Assembly (NCBI RefSeq): GCF_037560265.1
Contig: NZ_CP148405.1
Length of the DNA: 32,000 nucleotides
Reading direction: 5' to 3' (one strand)
Source of the DNA: Escherichia coli
Lineage (GTDB): Bacteria > Pseudomonadota > Gammaproteobacteria > Enterobacterales > Enterobacteriaceae
In this document: positions 27,828-32,000 of the stretch, one piece after another
Layout: each line of letters opens with the position of its first letter
Numbering within the stretch: position 1 is the stretch's first letter
Made by a program: the position numbers and the translations under genes
The notes under the pieces: generated by a model
Databases searched by the model: none
Told to the model about the DNA's origin: nothing
The model's input: the letters and a program-made list of their open reading frames with translations, nothing else

Positions 27828-27861
27828 GAGAGGTAATGGATGCATTATGCCATTGCCTCTC
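27828..27861 (+). promoter_or_regulatory. RNA hairpin between espZ and escI
   Basis: 12-bp stem GAGAGGTAATGG / CCATTGCCTCTC with 10-nt loop. The upstream arm covers the SD and the ATG of the called escI ORF. Confidence 0.7.
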
Positions 27862-27886
27862 TCATGAAAAGAGACTAACAGTAAAT

Positions 27887-28264
27887 ATGAATAATATTAA
27901 TCAATCGGAAAACATTAATATTCAGTTAAATAAAGCATTCCAAACAAATGTCGTTGATGAGCATATCCCGTTAGCATCAACCCCCTCTGCAGCCGGAGCG
28001 GCTCAGTTTCTTGATCAATTACTCCCTAAAACGGCGGGAGTGTCTTCCCCAGAACAAGTGTTGATTGAAGAAATTAAAAAGCGACATCTTGCAACAATGA
28101 ACACCGATCTCAGTTTCGATGCACTATCTGCAGGTGGGCTCTCGCCCGAAGATGTACTCACTTTACAAAAGAATGTGCTCAACGCAAACGTCAATGTTGA
28201 TGTCGTATCTAAGTTAGCAAGCCTCCTTTCAACATCGGTTACAAAATTAGTTTCGATGCAATAA
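27887..28264 (+). CDS. escI: T3SS inner rod protein EscI (called ORF begins at 27836; internal start MNNINQSENINIQ is an alternative)
   Basis: 142 aa from 27836 or 125 aa from 27887; between espZ and escJ in LEE2. Confidence 0.85.
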   Translation: MNNINQSENINIQLNKAFQTNVVDEHIPLASTPSAAGAAQFLDQLLPKTAGVSSPEQVLIEEIKKRHLATMNTDLSFDALSAGGLSPEDVLTLQKNVLNANVNVDVVSKLASLLSTSVTKLVSMQ

Positions 28265-28266
28265 AA

Positions 28267-28839
28267 ATGAAAAAACACATTAAAAACCTTTTTTTATTGG
28301 CTGCTATTTGTTTGACAGTGGCATGTAAAGAGCAATTGTATACAGGATTAACAGAAAAAGAAGCTAATCAGATGCAAGCACTGTTGCTATCCAATGATGT
28401 CAATGTTTCCAAAGAAATGGACAAAAGTGGAAATATTACACTCAGTGTGGAAAAAGAGGATTTTGTTCGCGCAATAACGATTTTAAATAATAACGGCTTC
28501 CCGAAAAAGAAATTTGCAGATATCGAGGTTATTTTCCCACCCAGCCAGTTAGTGGCATCGCCATCACAAGAAAATGCAAAAATCAACTATCTCAAAGAAC
28601 AAGACATCGAAAGGTTGCTAAGTAAAATACCCGGTGTTATCGATTGCAGCGTTTCATTAAATGTTAACAATAACGAAAGTCAACCATCCTCAGCAGCCGT
28701 TTTAGTCATCAGCTCGCCAGAGGTTAACTTAGCACCATCGGTCATTCAGATAAAAAACCTGGTTAAGAATAGTGTCGACGATCTCAAATTAGAAAATATT
28801 AGTGTTGTTATCAAGTCATCCTCAGGGCAGGACGGGTAA
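28267..28839 (+). CDS. escJ: T3SS inner-ring lipoprotein EscJ
   Basis: 190 aa; lipobox-like signal (ICLTVAC), YscJ/FliF-type KEANQMQALLLSNDVNVSKEMD. Confidence 0.96.
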   Translation: MKKHIKNLFLLAAICLTVACKEQLYTGLTEKEANQMQALLLSNDVNVSKEMDKSGNITLSVEKEDFVRAITILNNNGFPKKKFADIEVIFPPSQLVASPSQENAKINYLKEQDIERLLSKIPGVIDCSVSLNVNNNESQPSSAAVLVISSPEVNLAPSVIQIKNLVKNSVDDLKLENISVVIKSSSGQDG

Positions 28840-28844
28840 TATGT

Positions 28845-29300
28845 ATGAACAATAATAATGGCATAGCAAAGAATGATTGTGACTGGCTAACGGCCCTTGA
28901 TTTTGTAAAGGATGTCAACGGTTCACCAACGCATCTCACTTTTTATATCTACCAAAAAAATGCTTTCTTGCACGATTTTGGAAACTACTGGGTTCTATAT
29001 ATCGAGCTTAGTGGTGATTTTCGTCAGGTTCCAACAGATACATTTATCAGACTCTGCAATATCCTGGCCGTTAGTAAAGAATATAAACAAATGGGTATTT
29101 TCCTGTCTAATAAGAAGTGGTATCTTTGCCAAATTTTTCATAAAGATAATAATCATCGCGCAAACATGTCAAAAGCAATAATGCAACATACTCTCGCCTC
29201 GTTGCTCGACAAGCAATTTGATAAACTAGAGCAATCATCTTCATCAGATACAATGATGCCGCCAACACACTTGTTTTCTGATATAGGACGAATTGTGTAA
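28845..29300 (+). CDS. sepD: T3SS switch protein SepD
   Basis: 151 aa between escJ and escC in LEE2. Confidence 0.9.
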   Translation: MNNNNGIAKNDCDWLTALDFVKDVNGSPTHLTFYIYQKNAFLHDFGNYWVLYIELSGDFRQVPTDTFIRLCNILAVSKEYKQMGIFLSNKKWYLCQIFHKDNNHRANMSKAIMQHTLASLLDKQFDKLEQSSSSDTMMPPTHLFSDIGRIV

Positions 29301-30838
29301 TGAAAAAAATAAGTTTTTTTATTTTTACAGCACTATTTTGCTGCAGTGCACAAGCTGCCCCGTCCTCTCTGGAAAAAAGATTAGGCAAGAACGAATATTT
29401 TATTATTACTAAAAGTTCTCCAGTACGTGCAATCCTTAATGACTTTGCTGCTAACTACAGCATTCCTGTTTTCATCAGTAGTTCCGTGAATGATGATTTC
29501 TCTGGCGAAATAAAAAATGAAAAACCTGTAAAAGTACTGGAAAAACTGTCCAAACTCTATCATCTCACATGGTATTATGATGAGAATATCTTGTATATTT
29601 ATAAAACAAATGAAATATCAAGAAGTATAATTACACCAACATATCTGGATATTGACTCACTGCTAAAATATCTGAGTGATACAATCTCAGTAAACAAAAA
29701 CTCTTGCAATGTGAGAAAAATTACGACATTTAACTCGATTGAAGTTCGGGGTGTTCCTGAATGTATAAAATATATTACATCTTTATCAGAAAGTCTTGAT
29801 AAAGAGGCACAGTCTAAAGCCAAAAATAAAGATGTTGTTAAGGTCTTTAAACTGAACTATGCGTCAGCGACAGATATAACATACAAATACCGTGACCAAA
29901 ATGTTGTCGTCCCAGGTGTTGTCTCCATTCTGAAGACAATGGCAAGTAATGGTTCGCTTCCCAGTACCGGTAAAGGTGCCGTCGAGCGAAGCGGTAACCT
30001 GTTTGATAACAGTGTAACGATTTCCGCTGATCCACGTCTTAATGCAGTTATTGTAAAAGACCGCGAAATAACGATGGATATCTATCAGCAATTAATTTCT
30101 GAGCTTGATATTGAACAAAGGCAAATTGAAATTTCTGTCTCAATTATTGATGTTGATGCAAACGATCTTCAGCAGCTCGGCGTAAACTGGTCCGGTACGT
30201 TAAATGCAGGACAAGGTACGATTGCCTTTAATAGCTCTACCGCACAGGCTAATATCAGCTCTTCTGTGATAAGTAATGCCAGTAATTTTATGATTAGGGT
30301 GAATGCGTTACAACAGAACTCGAAAGCTAAAATACTCTCTCAGCCGTCAATTATAACCTTAAATAATATGCAGGCGATTCTTGATAAAAACGTAACGTTT
30401 TATACAAAAGTCTCCGGAGAAAAGGTGGCGTCTCTGGAAAGTATTACAAGCGGAACATTGCTGAGAGTGACACCACGTATACTTGATGACAGCTCGAATA
30501 GTCTTACCGGAAAACGTCGGGAACGAGTTCGTTTGTTACTTGATATTCAGGATGGCAATCAATCGACTAACCAAAGCAATGCTCAGGATGCCAGCAGCAC
30601 CTTACCTGAAGTACAAAATTCAGAAATGACAACAGAAGCGACATTAAGTGCAGGAGAAAGTTTATTACTTGGCGGATTTATCCAAGATAAAGAAAGTTCA
30701 AGTAAAGATGGTATACCGCTGTTAAGCGACATTCCTGTTATTGGTAGTTTATTCTCCAGTACGGTAAAACAAAAACATAGTGTTGTTCGACTCTTTTTAA
30801 TTAAAGCAACCCCGATAAAATCTGCATCTAGCGAATAA
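29300..30838 (+). CDS. escC: T3SS outer-membrane secretin EscC
   Basis: 512 aa; signal peptide; secretin core (VTPRILDD; ESLLLGGFIQDKESSSKDGIPLLSDIPVIGSLFSS). Confidence 0.97.
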   Translation: MKKISFFIFTALFCCSAQAAPSSLEKRLGKNEYFIITKSSPVRAILNDFAANYSIPVFISSSVNDDFSGEIKNEKPVKVLEKLSKLYHLTWYYDENILYIYKTNEISRSIITPTYLDIDSLLKYLSDTISVNKNSCNVRKITTFNSIEVRGVPECIKYITSLSESLDKEAQSKAKNKDVVKVFKLNYASATDITYKYRDQNVVVPGVVSILKTMASNGSLPSTGKGAVERSGNLFDNSVTISADPRLNAVIVKDREITMDIYQQLISELDIEQRQIEISVSIIDVDANDLQQLGVNWSGTLNAGQGTIAFNSSTAQANISSSVISNASNFMIRVNALQQNSKAKILSQPSIITLNNMQAILDKNVTFYTKVSGEKVASLESITSGTLLRVTPRILDDSSNSLTGKRRERVRLLLDIQDGNQSTNQSNAQDASSTLPEVQNSEMTTEATLSAGESLLLGGFIQDKESSSKDGIPLLSDIPVIGSLFSSTVKQKHSVVRLFLIKATPIKSASSE

Positions 30839-30851
30839 TAAATGAGGCTTT

Positions 30852-31307
30852 ATGAGCAGGAAATTTAGCTCTCTAGAGGATATTTATGATTTCTACCAGG
30901 ATGGTGGCACATTAGCGTCATTAACAAATCTGACACAACAAGATCTCAATGACCTTCATTCTTATGCCTATACAGCATATCAATCTGGTGATGTTATAAC
31001 CGCAAGAAATCTATTCCATTTGCTCACATATCTGGAACACTGGAATTATGACTACACCTTATCTCTGGGCTTATGCCATCAGCGTTTATCAAATCATGAA
31101 GATGCACAACTGTGTTTCGCACGCTGTGCAACTTTAGTTATGCAAGATCCCAGGGCATCTTATTATTCTGGAATTAGCTACTTACTCGTCGGAAATAAGA
31201 AAATGGCCAAGAAAGCCTTTAAGGCTTGTTTAATGTGGTGTAATGAAAAAGAAAAATACACTACATATAAAGAAAATATTAAAAAATTGTTAGGTAATAC
31301 AGAGTAA
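30852..31307 (+). CDS. cesD: Translocator chaperone CesD (SycD/LcrH family)
   Basis: 151 aa, TPR-like (GDVITARNLFHLLTYLEHWNYDYTLSLGLCHQRLSNHEDAQLCFARC). Confidence 0.94.
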   Translation: MSRKFSSLEDIYDFYQDGGTLASLTNLTQQDLNDLHSYAYTAYQSGDVITARNLFHLLTYLEHWNYDYTLSLGLCHQRLSNHEDAQLCFARCATLVMQDPRASYYSGISYLLVGNKKMAKKAFKACLMWCNEKEKYTTYKENIKKLLGNTE

Positions 31308-31327
31308 AAACTACCATCAGCTATACC

Positions 31328-31350
31328 AATCCCCAGGCTGACTGGGGATT
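31328..31350. terminator. Bidirectional-type terminator between cesD and grlA
   Basis: AATCCCCAG-GCTGA-CTGGGGATT perfect 9-bp stem followed by TT, 20 bp after the cesD stop. Confidence 0.75.
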
Positions 31351-31691
31351 TTCTATCGGAAATAATAAAGCTGCTATAGTGAAGTGCTCCCAAAGTTGAG
31401 CACCGACCACTGGTAGATTTATCTACAGGTGTGGGGTTATTCCATTAACTAGGATTTTATGCCCTGAACTATCTTCTGCTGTATTTAATATCATTTCCGT
31501 TTATGAAACAATCAGTATATCTTAACTTAGCATTAGAAATCTGATCTTTCCAATCATCTATAGCTCAGAGTATATTTGTCAGGAAATGACCTTCAAACTT
31601 TAGCCGAGAAAAAGGCTTACCCTGGAAAACAAAACCCTTAAATATAGCTTTATTTTTATTCTTCTATAAAATATACTCAAAAAATTACGTC

Positions 31692-32000
31692 TAACTCTCC
31701 TTTTTCCTCCTCAAGATCATTTCGTTCCAGATATTAGACTGTCCCACAATACCATTACCAACTCGGTAGGTTTTTCTTTTTGGTCCGGTTGATCCAGGAC
31801 TTTCTATCGGAACCGCCTCAAGGTTAACATCATAAATGAAAATCTCAAGGCGCTTATAATGCAAATTACCATAACTAACATATCTGACACGAAATGAAAT
31901 TTTTTCTTTTCTTCTCGATATATAAGTTATAATAAATGATGCTCTCCTCAGGTTTATACCGAATGCTTCGGCAATATCATTGCGAGAAATCCATTTCTCC
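31692..32000 (-). CDS. grlA: Global regulator of LEE activator GrlA, 3' part only (N-terminus outside the window)
   Basis: Read directly from the minus strand: EKWISRNDIAEAFGINLRRASFIITYISRRKEKISFRVRYVSYGNLHYKRLEIFIYDVNLEAVPIESPGSTGPKRKTYRVGNGIVGQSNIWNEMILRRKKES*. Not in the supplied ORF track. Stop coordinate is good to about 1-2 bp. Confidence 0.93.

Noticed and set aside
1-32000. A previously undescribed defence, toxin-antitoxin or metabolic system
   Set aside because: Every substantial non-overlapping ORF fits either LEE or a known IS family. No candidate novel system remains.

Overview
The window is most of a locus of enterocyte effacement (LEE) type III secretion pathogenicity island, as found in A/E pathogens (EPEC, EHEC, Citrobacter rodentium, E. 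albertii). Left to right it contains: an IS scar zone (5'-open IS21-family istA/istB, a truncated IS630-family transposase with an in-frame stop, and a 3' IS2 fragment ending in its IR); rorf1 and espG; a complete 1258-bp IS3; an exact 127-bp ERIC element; LEE4 (espF, escG, escF, cesD2, espB, espD, espA, sepL); escD; LEE5 (eae, cesT, tir); map; cesF; LEE3 (espH, sepQ/escQ, escP, escO, escN, escV, cesL/mpc); divergent LEE2 (espZ, escI, escJ, sepD, escC, cesD); and the 3' part of grlA, which runs off the right edge. Nothing here supports a wholly new biological system. The items worth a second look are: rorf1-espG lying beside espF instead of beside LEE1, with IS3 between them and no target duplication; a 4-module EspF with an extra Met-Ser-X repeat; a C11/G11 tract between tir and cesT; a (CATCG)6 array plus a 12-bp hairpin between espZ and escI; strong intergenic hairpins; and the degraded IS mosaic at the island edge. 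Gene names come from recalled family similarity and synteny, not from a database search.
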